Source: Kudoa neothunni (Eukaryota; Animalia; Cnidaria). From it: a stretch of 64,000 bases of DNA. Location of the stretch: NCBI GenBank assembly GCA_964304625.1, contig OZ199838.1, positions 212,148 through 276,147 on the forward strand, written 5' to 3'. Positions 38,201 to 49,725 of the stretch are shown here, one piece after another. Both the position numbers and the translations under genes were made by a program. How positions within the stretch are numbered: the first letter of the stretch is position 1; the number at the start of each line of letters is the position of its first letter. The notes beneath the pieces were generated by a model, which was given only the letters and a program-made list of their open reading frames with translations, was not told the DNA's origin and searched no databases.

Positions 38201-41200
38201 TTGTAAGTTACATTTTATTTAATATCATTCTATAATGGCACCGTTTGTCGATTTTGTAATTTTGTAATTACAATAATTTTTAATTTCATTTTATTGTCAG
38301 ATAAAATTATTAGAATATTCTTTGTGATCTAACAGAGGTTTTTTTTTTTAAATTTTGTGTTGTGCCATTTTAATTCTCATGTTACTAACACATAGTCTTG
38401 ATAAAACATAAGAGTTTATTAAAATTGTCGTTTTCATTAAATTAATAAATGTATAATTTTAAATATTATAGTTATAAATATCTAGACTCAACATCTTACA
38501 CATCGTATTACGTAAATCATAATGTATTGGAAGCACTTAAGAATGGGGTCCCAAAGTGTAGTATATTTTCCTAACAACTATCAAAGAAAATTTAATTTAT
38601 TTTTTGGCTATCCTCTTAATATGGATTTAACCATCCATAACTTTAGGGCATTCTTGATAATTATATGCATGGAATGAATTTAGCAGTTAATTTCATAGTT
38701 TTTATGATTAATAATAATAAAATTTAATATTATTTTTTATTTTAAATTTTTTTAACACTTAAGTAGGATAATGTTGTTCATTGAACATTTTAATATTACA
38801 ATGTGTTTCATTTGTCGTAAATAAGATTATTGGAAAAAAATCGTAGATTTAACTTATTGATGGTTTTTGATGGTTACGGTTGGGGTTTTAAGGGTAGGTT
38901 CCGCATTAATACAGATCTGTTGAAGGAGAGGCTTGATCCATAATGGATCGAGACTATGCATATAAACGAGTTAACAAGTAAAAAAGTTAAAATAAAAAGC
39001 GAAACAATAGAATTCTTTAATTCACCCAAAACTTCTCTAATATTATTCAAGCATATTTGGTTCTTAAATGACTTTCGAATATCCATTATTTTTATATTTC
39101 TTGTTATTTTTCTTACATTTCATCCGATATACAATATTATAATTTAAGAAAATATAGCTTTTTTTAAACTATATTTTTTTATTTGTAGGAAGGAGATTAA
39201 TTCGATTGACTCTATTAACTTGAATATTTAGGTTATTAAATAGACTACAAAAATTTAAGGTATTAGTATCATTTACAGTCTTAGAATTAATTGTATGGCT
39301 TAAAATTAGATCCAGTTAAAAAATAATGGATATCGATGATAATTTCGTTATTAGGTGTCAACTAAATTTTCTAAAAAAATGAATTTCCATTGCATTGTAT
39401 ATTTTTATGTAATTCATAAGTTTTGAAGTTAACAGTTTCTAACATGTCCTTTCAATAAATTATATTTTAAACACTTTTCTCAATATTTATCAATTGATAT
39501 AAAATTTTGTACATTTTTCATGCCTTTTTTGCTTTTGTATTAGTCTATTCAGCTTCAGTGGGTTGATTTTTATCTGTTAATTAGAATATAAGTTATACAA
39601 ATGGTAAAGCTTTCTCAGAGTTCAATATTCCATGCCCTGCTGTCTACTGAATTAGAATATTAATGCAAATATAGCATAAAAATCAGGGACGTTTCATTCG
39701 TTCTCATATTTTTCATTTCCTAAATTAATGATAACTTATATAATTTATAAATAAATTAAAGCAAGATAAATCGTGCGTATAGAAACAAAATAACGTAAAA
39801 TACAATCCAAATTGTATGTATTTATGTATAAGAAAATTATTTGTATTAGATTGTGAAATCAATCCAATTTTAACCCTGCGCATTTTTAATGCGGAGAAGT
39901 CTACCAAAATATTAATTTATACAAAGTTTCTCTAATTACAGATAGAAAAATTTAAGCTAGAAATTAAATTTAATTTCTGATTAAAACATATTCTCATTGA
40001 AACATTTCTAAACTCAAATAGACGGATTACATCATATATTTAGAATTTAAAGCAATTTAGTTAGCTGGGATAAATCTGCTGCAACTATTACTTATGCTTT
40101 CTAACAACAACATTATAGAAATCCACTTACCGACGGATGCCTCAAGAAAGTTTAAATATTCCATTTTCCGTGTTTCTAACGTTGATTATCTATTCCAAAA
40201 ACTATGTGTTTTCACAGTTCTGTGAGAATTGCCATAGTATTTCCCGTGAGGGTTCAACAATTGGTTTCACACTCTACTTTCAATACAACCAAAATATTAC
40301 CAAGTTTAAGTGATTTATTGGTGAATGATAGACTTTTTATAACATTAAATTAACAGGGTTGTTCCGATTGAGCCATATTCGATTGGTAGTGTTTTCTATA
40401 ACAACATCCTAAAGACTGGCATCAATGTTCTTATCAATGATTTACAACTCACCCAGTCAAAGTACCACATATGCTGATATTCAGTCGATTTATTAATGTT
40501 GATAGTATACGAGGTGCGTTGGAGAAAATTAACAAGCGCTTCAATCAAAAATTATCTTTTCTTCCAGATCGAATTCAACAGGTTACATCGGAGATTAGCT
40601 CAAAAATCGATGTATTTTATCAAATAAATTTTGGATTTAAATTCGTTTCCATTGAGTTTTCTAACAATATTTTTAGAATTTCCTAACCATCTCATATTCC
40701 AACATATCTCGACTTATCGATATGGTTAATGAGGTTGGTTCCAGCCACAGCCCTGATAACCCCAATTTCAATTTTCATTGTAAAAATATCAGGGACAGCA
40801 AAACTTTCATCACCGCATTCTACCTTGAAATTATATACAAGTAGGTTGAATGTTAATAGTTTTTCTTCCAATCCTTAATCGTATCGTATGGGTTGGTATC
40901 TGTTGTATTACGTGGTGTAGAATAAAAGGATCCAACGAGCTGATCAGTGCATTAGGATTTGAAAGTTTCGATTCGGATCTTCCTGGATACAACCAAACTA
41001 GCAAGCCGACTGAGCCAATACCAAAATTACATGGTTTGGGCAGTTGCAGTTGCCCAAATCTACAAGCATTGGTAATGCGTCAACCAGCCACATCGGTTCG
41101 TAGATTGTCATTATCACATGAGTTGACCTCGGCGCGCTTCTATCATAACCATTCGAATTCGTTGCCGTATTCGAAAAACCCCTTGGATATTGATCATAGC

Positions 41201-43277
41201 ACCTTCTCATATCATGAAAATTCATCTAAATTCTATCCATCAAATGCATTGACAAACATCAACTTGAAAAATATAACAAACGAAACCACTAGTCCATTGG
41301 TAGTGACAAATGCCGCTGTTGGGAAATTCCCTGCCAAAAATGTCACCAATAAAAAAACTGAAAATCCAAAACTTGATGGATTTCTTAAGCAAATAAATCC
41401 GTTGTATTTGAAATCGGCGTGTTATAAAATGCCGTTTAAACCTTTTTTAAGATCCAAACTAACACGGATTGTAACCAAGACCAAGTTCAATAACACATGT
41501 CTCAATGTCAGTGAAATTGCCGGTGCATCCAATCAATTTGAGACACCCTATTACATTATTAATATTGGCGATCCAGGACGTATTGCATCGTTAGCAATTC
41601 AAATTTTGTATCTTTAACTGTATTGGAATTATGATGAATTTATATTCTAGGAATCAATCTGATACCGATGAAGCGTTTCAATATAACCACCAAAACTTTT
41701 CTATAGAACTAGCCAACAAGGAGGGCTTTTTTGACGTTGCTATTCAAGTCAGTGACAATTGGAAATTTGTGTCTGCTGATCCCACTATCACCAATGCTAA
41801 TCATGCGAAAATTGGTAATTATTATTCTGCTGATAATGTCTCTAAGGCATGAGTCTGATTATCGACTAGAATTTGATACCAACGAAGATCACATCGTGTG
41901 TAATGTGTTATGGAAAAAAGATTTTAACGATTTCCGAAGTTTACTCTCTAAACATGGCTTTATTACAGAGGAATCGTATATTATATCTTTTTAACCACAT
42001 TGCTGTTTCAAATATATTAAATTCAATTAACTGCATTATTTTAGTTATTTGGAATCTTTGAACAAATGCATTCTATGGAAAGCCCCTAGTGGAAAATCTG
42101 GAGCTAATTTCTTTAAATCATACGGTTGATTGTTTTTGAGTAAATTTTAGCAGTCTACCTATGATTTATAGATAATCGTCTTATTATCAAAGAATTGACT
42201 AGTCATGAATTTGAATGTCTTCAAGAATTTGTCATCAATTACATTAATTATGTTTCTACATCCTTACGAGAACGAGTAACTTTAAAAATTTTATTAAATA
42301 TATAAAGTAGATTTTTAACTGCTGATCAATTTAATTGGGAAAGCTGTTTATTTATGTTATAATGATTGTGTATTAATTTTTACAAAATGTAGAGACCAAG
42401 CTTTTTAGTCAAAATCCTTGGTGCTTATGAGGTTATATGCAAAGGTTCACACAATTATAGACTGCGGTTTATTGTGATGGAAAATCTCCTTCACAGTTTA
42501 CCTTTTGTAATCGATTCAAATAAACAGTCTAAGCAAACAATACTCAAAGATTTCCTGGTGAGTTTTGGAATGCATGTCTTATCTACCATTCTTATGATAT
42601 TTTGGAATTATTTTATTAAAAAAATTATTTTGGAAACGTTTTTAATTATTTTTCGGATAGATTTTTGACCTCAAAGGTGTTCACAGCGCAAAACAACTCA
42701 CCAAAAATACTCCTTATGTGTGTGGTACTGTGGGAACTGACGCTCAACTTATAATAAGTATTTTTGAAAATTCAACCTACTCTGATACTTATTTTCCTGT
42801 TTAGTGTCTCAAAGTGAACCGTTTTATTGCACTTTTCAATCAGGTTCAATTTTCCACAGGGCAATCGAAAGAGATACTATCTTCTTATCACAACAATCCA
42901 TTATGGACTATTCGTTGTTAATGTGTGCTGACAAATCCAAAAGAACCATCAATGTAGGTATCATTGATTTTCTCAGAAAATACACATGGGATAAACGACT
43001 TGAAAGTGTCGTCAAATCCAGCGTCATGATGCGAGGTGCCAATATCATTGGAGGGGGACCCACGGTTATCCATCCTGAAGAATATCGATCGCGTTTTGTG
43101 GAAAAAATGAAAAGCTACTTCCCTCCCGTTCCAGATAAGTTCAGCAAATATAGAGCCGATTTCCTTGAAGAAAATATGCTTTTTATCGGTGACGACGAGA
43201 GTTTGCTTTCTGGCGACAATGAAAAATCAAAGGCCCCTTTTTGGTTCCATGAAATCTTTAGAATAAAAACTAACTAA
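29218..43277 (+). CDS. PIKFYVE: 1-phosphatidylinositol-3-phosphate 5-kinase (PIKfyve/FAB1), many exons
   Basis: FYVE (WMCD..C..C...F..FRRRHHCRQCGRIFC); CCT/Cpn60-like domain (DIRNYV..., NPKLLLV); Cys/His-rich region; PIP5K domain GKSGANF, MENL, FDLKG, MDYSLL, GIIDFLRKYTWDKRLES, PTVIHP. Large introns about 30390-32682 and 34277-40118. ATG 29218 inferred from a short upstream exon; alternative ATG at 29342. Confidence 0.95.
30634..31587. mobile_element. Possible old TIR element in a PIKfyve intron
   Basis: Degenerate inverted ends cgaatacctgaaagtggccggcca / tggtcggccaccctcctgatattcg (about 19/25 identity); no clear TSD. Confidence 0.4.
35273..38159 (+). mobile_element. piggyBac element (outer) with transposase remnant, in a PIKfyve intron
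   Basis: TTAA|ccctccgagc ... gctcggaggg|TTAA; subterminal inverted repeat ggggtcgaaaa..cccca with short left and long right spacers. Remnant DCFKLFFTDQLLSTII near 37230-37290. Confidence 0.85.
35417..36794. mobile_element. piggyBac derivative (inner) nested in the outer piggyBac
   Basis: TTAA|ccctccccggacc ... ggtccttcgacgg|TTAA with subterminal ggggtc...gacccc palindromes at both ends. Confidence 0.78.
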
Positions 43278-43781
43278 TTATATATATATTTCCTACAAAA
43301 TATGTGTTATTATGTAGAAAACTTTTTTAGTTTGAGTATTACGTACACAGATGTAACGTTGTTTATTTCAATAAATTAGGATAATTGTTTTCTTTCATAA
43401 AACTTAAGGATGTTAATAAATGTGATTAAATATCAGGGTTTCTTCTAATGCTTACAGACAATTATACTCTCCATTCGATACTCTTATTAACAATAATGAT
43501 TAACTTGATTAAAATAAATTTGAAAAATACAGACTAAATTTATCGATTATTCCGATTGGCTTTATTTTGGGCTCATGTAAAATGAACATGGGTGCGCTAA
43601 TTTAGAGGTCGGCTGCCGCTTTTGACATAAGTATTATTGTTTTATGGTGAATAAGAAGAATTAATGAAAATATCAGTACATATTCAATTAATGAAGGTAA
43701 TTGCGACTTTGGTTTACATTTCTAGATTTGGAGAATATACTAATATGCTTGAAACCTCTATGAACCTAAGTCTTTATAGAT

Positions 43782-44773
43782 CAGGGATCTCTAAACTTTT
43801 TTTTTCGTCGACCCCATTCAGAGATTTTATTTAAAATATTAGAGTATATTCATTTTTATGGACTATAACAATTAAAAATTTTTGAAATATATCCCATTAA
43901 TATTCTATTTCCAATACATAATATAATGTAAAATAATATTAACCCCCAAAAAAGGTTTTATTAACGATGTAACAAAAATATATCAGAAAAATTTTGAAAT
44001 TTATAGATTTATGCAGATATTGACAATCAAGTCATGAAAAAAACAACTATATTAGGAAATTTACCTCAATGAATCTATTTTTCATCATTAATCATATTAA
44101 ATTAACCTACCAAGTTAGGTCGCTTGTATATGATTATAGTTACATACTTTTGCACATATATAAATACAATGGCAGATTTTATGATTAAATTACACATATA
44201 TAGAAAAGTTAATATTTATTTATGGCTACCTCTAAAAGTTAATAAGAATATCCTAATCTTTACCCTAAGTTTATGTTCCTTAGCTTGAGGGCGCTTGAAG
44301 AGTTTTCGAAGTGTCCGCAGGGGTTCAAGCGACACGTTCAGATTATTATACTTATTTTTATAACTTTTGTAATTACGATTCAAATCAAGTTTAAAGATTA
44401 GACTTATCCTTCTTATGCGATTATAAACTTAATATAAACTATCGTTGTTTTTTTTAAAAATTGTTAATAACAATGAGTACTATTAATCATTAATATTTAA
44501 GAAAAATAAAGCAAATATATTCACTAATTTTTATGAGCTACAAAGTATCTCAACATAAATGAAAAACATTGAATTAAATATCTAGGAAAGGTGGCTATTG
44601 ATTTTATCTTAAAAATAAAAAACAAACGTCATAGGGTAGTATCAATTAACTTAATTAAATAATGTAGTAGGAAGATGGGAAGCATTACCTTAAAAGCCCA
44701 TAAAATTCAGTGGAATCTCTATAACACGTATCGACCCCCTGTAAGTTCTCATTGATCACTTTGGAGATCCCTG
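43782..44773. mobile_element. hAT (Buster-type) MITE
   Basis: TIRs cagggatctctaaa / tttggagatccctg; perfect 8-bp TSD ttatagat. Confidence 0.9.
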
Positions 44774-44788
44774 TTATAGATCAGAGAT

Positions 44789-45626
44789 CAGGGGTCGACA
44801 ACCGGTGTGACCCTTTGAACCAATTATTGGCGGCAGACAAAATTTGTCTACTTCCGGAGTCGCACACTAAATATAGGCTCACAAATAAAAATATTTACTT
44901 TCAAAACCATGAAAACCTACAGTCCAGAAAAATCCGGGGTAAATTATCGAATTAGTCTATCTATGCATTTTTCTATAACAAACTAACACATTATTTTAAT
45001 TATTAATGTTTTTAATGCAGAAGGAAATAGTAAAAATAAAATAATATGCATTTTAATTTTTTGATTACGTCAAGTGATATTGTAATTTTGTTTTCAATAA
45101 TTTCCATGATAAATTATAAATTCTACCATTAACCTCTACAAAACAAGTACATTATAATAATAATTTATTTTCATGAATATTGTCGTAAACAAAAAGAAAA
45201 TTTCAACAATATAATTTAATATTTTAAAATTGAATGAATTACTTACTTTATAGTGTATTTTACTGAATTTAATTATTCAACGGCATTTTATATGAAGTTT
45301 TCTTTGTATTAAAACTAAAGAACGTTTAATATTACAAGAAAATTCTTAATATTTACAAGTAATTTGTTATTGCTGAATCTTTTCTCTCTACAATAAACTT
45401 GTTAGTTGCAAATAAAGAAAATTAATTCAAGGTGGCGATGTTGAACATTATACACTCATTCATTACCCATATATTTCCATTAAAAAATAATTACAGCGAT
45501 AATTCAAAAGTCGAACGTAAAATGAGTTAATCGACTAGGAATTATACAATTTCTTCGCGTTTTAACCTTAGATTTTGTGTTTTACATTATGCACATAGAT
45601 GGGGAGTCGCAGGTTACCGACCCCAG
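44789..45626. mobile_element. Second hAT (Buster-type) MITE, 15 bp from the first
   Basis: TIRs caggggtcgacaacc / ggttaccgaccccag; degenerate TSD tcagagat / ttgtagat. Confidence 0.7.
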
Positions 45627-45749
45627 TTGTAGATGATGAGATATAGATAGATAGATGATAGCACTAAGGCGGAAGTTCGCTGATAATAACGCAAGCGCCA
45701 TTAAAGAAGTGTTTTTTGTTAAGTAATACTTTTTTTGTATGAAAAAAAA

Positions 45750-47140
45750 CACAGATTTTTAATAACACAAAAATATTTATTCAAATTTCCAAGAATAAGC
45801 TTTAGATATGCCTCTAAATAATGTAGTCTGTAATATTTTGTATACTTTTGGCAGTATTGTTTTTAATTTTTTTTAAAAATAATTAGTGTTTTCATTTCTA
45901 GATTCTTGGTTACACATTAAATATTCAATATCTTACTCTACATGATTCTAAGTTTCTGTTAATTTTTTCCAGAAAAATTTGCAGACCTGAATGACTTAGA
46001 TCGAATCGAGAATATAAATGACGATGGAAATTCTGCGGAGTTCGTTGTAAGGTTAACATTATTGATAATTCTCTCGAAATTGTTTCATGTCTCATGAGTT
46101 TATTTGGATGTTTTTTTTTAATTTTTTCAAAATATTCTACAAATGGAATAACATTAATGTTAGCGAACGAATTTGACTTTTTTTTTATTTTAGAAATTCG
46201 TCTGAAATACTAGAAATAGGTACAAACGATAACGAAATGAAACACTTAATATACAATTTAAAATCACTGTTTTGTAGCAAAAATTCGATGAGACCTAGAT
46301 TTTTTATTTTTATCCAATACATTGGCTAAAATGAAACATGCAAAAGTAGATATTAGCATTTTGCGAAACATTTTTGACAGCGTTAAAAGCTGACTGTTCT
46401 AGATCAATTATTATTGGTTATAGTTTGGGATTAAGGCCGCGCAAAAGAAAGAGAACTGGAATAAAATAGACTAAAGGTAGTGATGGTATTCCTCCCCAAT
46501 TTAGTCGTGTCTGTCTATATCTCCGTGTAGCGTGGGCCTCCCCTCGGTCTGCACCGGGTCTCCCACCCGGGAACGACTTCCCTCTTTATTGTGAGGGATC
46601 GTGATTCTCGGATTATGACAATTATATCTTGGGGAAACATAGAGATAACTTATTTTATAAAATATTTAAAATTTTTTCATATAGTTTTTGAGCTTTCTCA
46701 GTCATTGAGGCAAATATTAACGGAAAGAATTTTCCCATATTCTGCCATGGATGATATACAACTGATAGAAAGTGTCAGGAACAAGATTAAACGTACCGTT
46801 CGCCAACCATACATTCGTATTATTCAGATGTTGAATATTTTTATCGGTTGTAAAAATTATTTATTCTATCGTCTGCTAAAGACCCTGAATCATGGAAGCG
46901 AAAAGTTTCATTTCTTAGGTTAAGTCAGCATTTGCCAAGTTGTTTTCGATATTAACATCTATTTGTTTTCTTTTACGATCATTATGAATATTTTTGTAAA
47001 TGCTCCTTTTATTAAGGATCGGTAAATCAATCAGACTATTCTGAGTCGTACAGATCGAATATACCTTACTTTTGGCTTATTGTGTATTCTCAGAAACATG
47101 CTCTTATTTATATCCTCCTCTAACATTATATGATTATGGA
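45750..47140 (-). pseudogene. Mutator (MULE) transposase remnant
   Basis: Minus-strand translation gives HNH, WLANGTFNLVPDTFYQLYIIHG, IIIDLEQSAFNAVK...CMFHFSQCI...LSFVP and TTNSAE. Not captured in the ORF track. Confidence 0.85.
46430..46628. other. 199-bp insertion with GC-rich core interrupting the MULE transposase
   Basis: Flanked by the direct repeat ttggg (46425-46429 and 46629-46633); MULE homology resumes on both sides. Confidence 0.6.
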
Positions 47141-48094
47141 TTATACGATCTTCAACTTATCAATCTTATCAGCAGAAAGCCCACAGACGTCGTTTACAAC
47201 CTCTTTTATCACATCTCCATAATTTATGTTCCCTACATTTTTTATTCCTGACATAAAAATAATGTTTGAACAAGATTTTATCGCCCCTGCATTTTGTTTG
47301 GAGCATGACGAACGAATTTCCAGTTTGTTCCATGTTGAAGGACTACTATGCACGTGTGGAAATCAGTGAAAATCGCCGTATCCAAACATTTGTTGAGAGA
47401 AATATTTGCAGGGGAAATCAATTCACCCCTTTAAAACAACGTGGTTTTTTAAACTTACTAATAACATAAAGAGGAAGTTTTTCTCTAATCAAAGATACAA
47501 TTACCAACACGGTCACTATTTTGTTTGGTCGTTTACAATCTCTCACTTCGACTTCGTCTTTTGCTTTATAAATACGATAAGTACGTGTGGAAGTTGTTCG
47601 TAAAAATGAATAAATTCGTCAAGATTAAATATATTTCAAGATTGTAATTACTTATTAAATCCGAATATTGTCCAATCCATTCATTAGCTGCCATCACATC
47701 CGCACTACCTGCCTCACCGTGAAGCTTTTGATTTTTCATACTGAGCCGTTTTTTGAAATTACAAAACCACCCATTACTGGAATGAAAATCTTTGACTTGA
47801 AGATCATTTGCTATAAGCATCGCCTTTTCTTTAATTATAAATATTGAGCTGTTTTTCTTTTTTTTTCTCGCATGCTAACTATCCAATTATACAATTCACT
47901 TTCAATCTGAGTGTATTTTCCCCGTGAAATTCGTATTCGATAATTTTGAATTTGATTGAACCAACAATTAATAACCGTGCTTTTAAAAATGTTATCTATT
48001 GATTGTAATACTTTGTTGAAACTTTTTAGGTTAGAGAACAACGAAAAATCTTTAATTACGGTATATCGAATCACGCGATATCGAGACTCTACTG
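47140..48094 (-). mobile_element. Truncated Tigger/pogo remnant abutting or nested in the MULE
   Basis: SSNGWFCNFKKR, HGEAGSAD and ESELYNWI motifs; one TIR-like end gatatcgagactctactg at 48094. Confidence 0.8.
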
Positions 48095-49725
48095 TTACTG
48101 TAGTTGATTTTCTATTTCGCAGTTTGGTCGTTTATAAATTAACAGTAAAGAGGCAGTGAATTTTCATCGAAAACCTCAACGCTATATATCTAACAATCTT
48201 TTTTATTTTTTAAACCCTCGAATAATTTTGTCGCTTGTTTAATTATTCTGACAGATTATATCCGATATATTATCACATAATATGAAGTTTTTTTCAGCGA
48301 AATATTTATTTGGAATATATTTAAGTTTTTAATATCAATCAAAATAATAATTTTCATTACTTTAAACAAAATTTTATATTATGTATTACGAAGGATAATA
48401 TATCGGTTTTAACCACTAATGGCATCATAAAACAAAAAAGTTTAAGGATTTTTGCTAGGATGACTATTTTTTTTATCTTTCAAAATCAAAAATCTTATCG
48501 TTATTGTAATTATTAAGATATATTTATAAAAAAATAATTGCAGATTAAAAAGATATTTAGCACTATTTGGTGTATTAAAATGGAACAGAAACCCGTTATC
48601 GGTTAAGGGGTAAATGATGCAATGTCGGTTGGGAACCGCTGTCTTAAGGCATTGAAGAAATTGTACGTACGGTCGAGCATGTTTCATACGTAATGTACTG
48701 ATTCTATGTAATCAGAACATTATCGAAAGTATATCGTGTGCGCAATCAATGCTGATATAAGTCTGGTGAACAATAATCATTTGGTGAATTCTGCTAAAAA
48801 TTAATTTACTTTTTCAATCTATTATTTTTATTATTAATATTAGCGCGAACTGCCCAGCTTCGCAGGAGATAGAGAAAATTTCATCATAGAAGGATACAGC
48901 AAATAATAAAGAAATATAAGACTCTTGAGTAGCCCAGAGGAGAAAATAAATAATTTTGTTTAAATATCACTTCAACGACTGTGATGGGCACAGTACAAAA
49001 TTGAGATCATTTTAGAGAGATAATGAAAGCAGCAAAACCTCAATAACTCGATAATAACTTACGATAATTAATTTTTATACACTCTCTCCTTAAAACTATT
49101 TTGTAGTCTCTTAATATAAACATAAATATGTTAAATAATTAGATAAAGTAAAATTTCAATTTATACATCAACTCTTGTCGCCTAAAATTAAGTCTAACGG
49201 CCGCTACAATGAAATTTGGGAACCTAGTTTCAGTATGTAAGAATTAGATCCATCAGATCACAACGTGCGCTTCCAAATCTTCATTGATTTAACAAATTTG
49301 CATATTTTTACTATATTAAATATCAACTATAGAACTTTTAAAGTGTACTTATCAATCCAAATATATTAAAAGTTCCAAAAATAAGGAGTGTATTTAAGCA
49401 CACACCTACTTTAAGTGTACAGATATAGAATGTATCTTGAAATCGTGGACATATAGCTAAAGATTGAACAACTTAAAACGCTCAAAACAACTTGCAGATG
49501 TTCATTATAGATAATGTCACCATGAATAAACAAATATAATCCTATTATCGAAACCATGTAATCCGTTTAACAAACCTAACATCGAGGATAACACAATTTC
49601 CTACATTAATTTTGAACTTTAGTCAGTGTAATAACAAATGGGAGAATTTTTCAACTACTAAAAGTTACATAAATATCTATCTATAAGGAAAATTTTTGCC
49701 GCGCGTACGAACCTAGGGCTCACAC

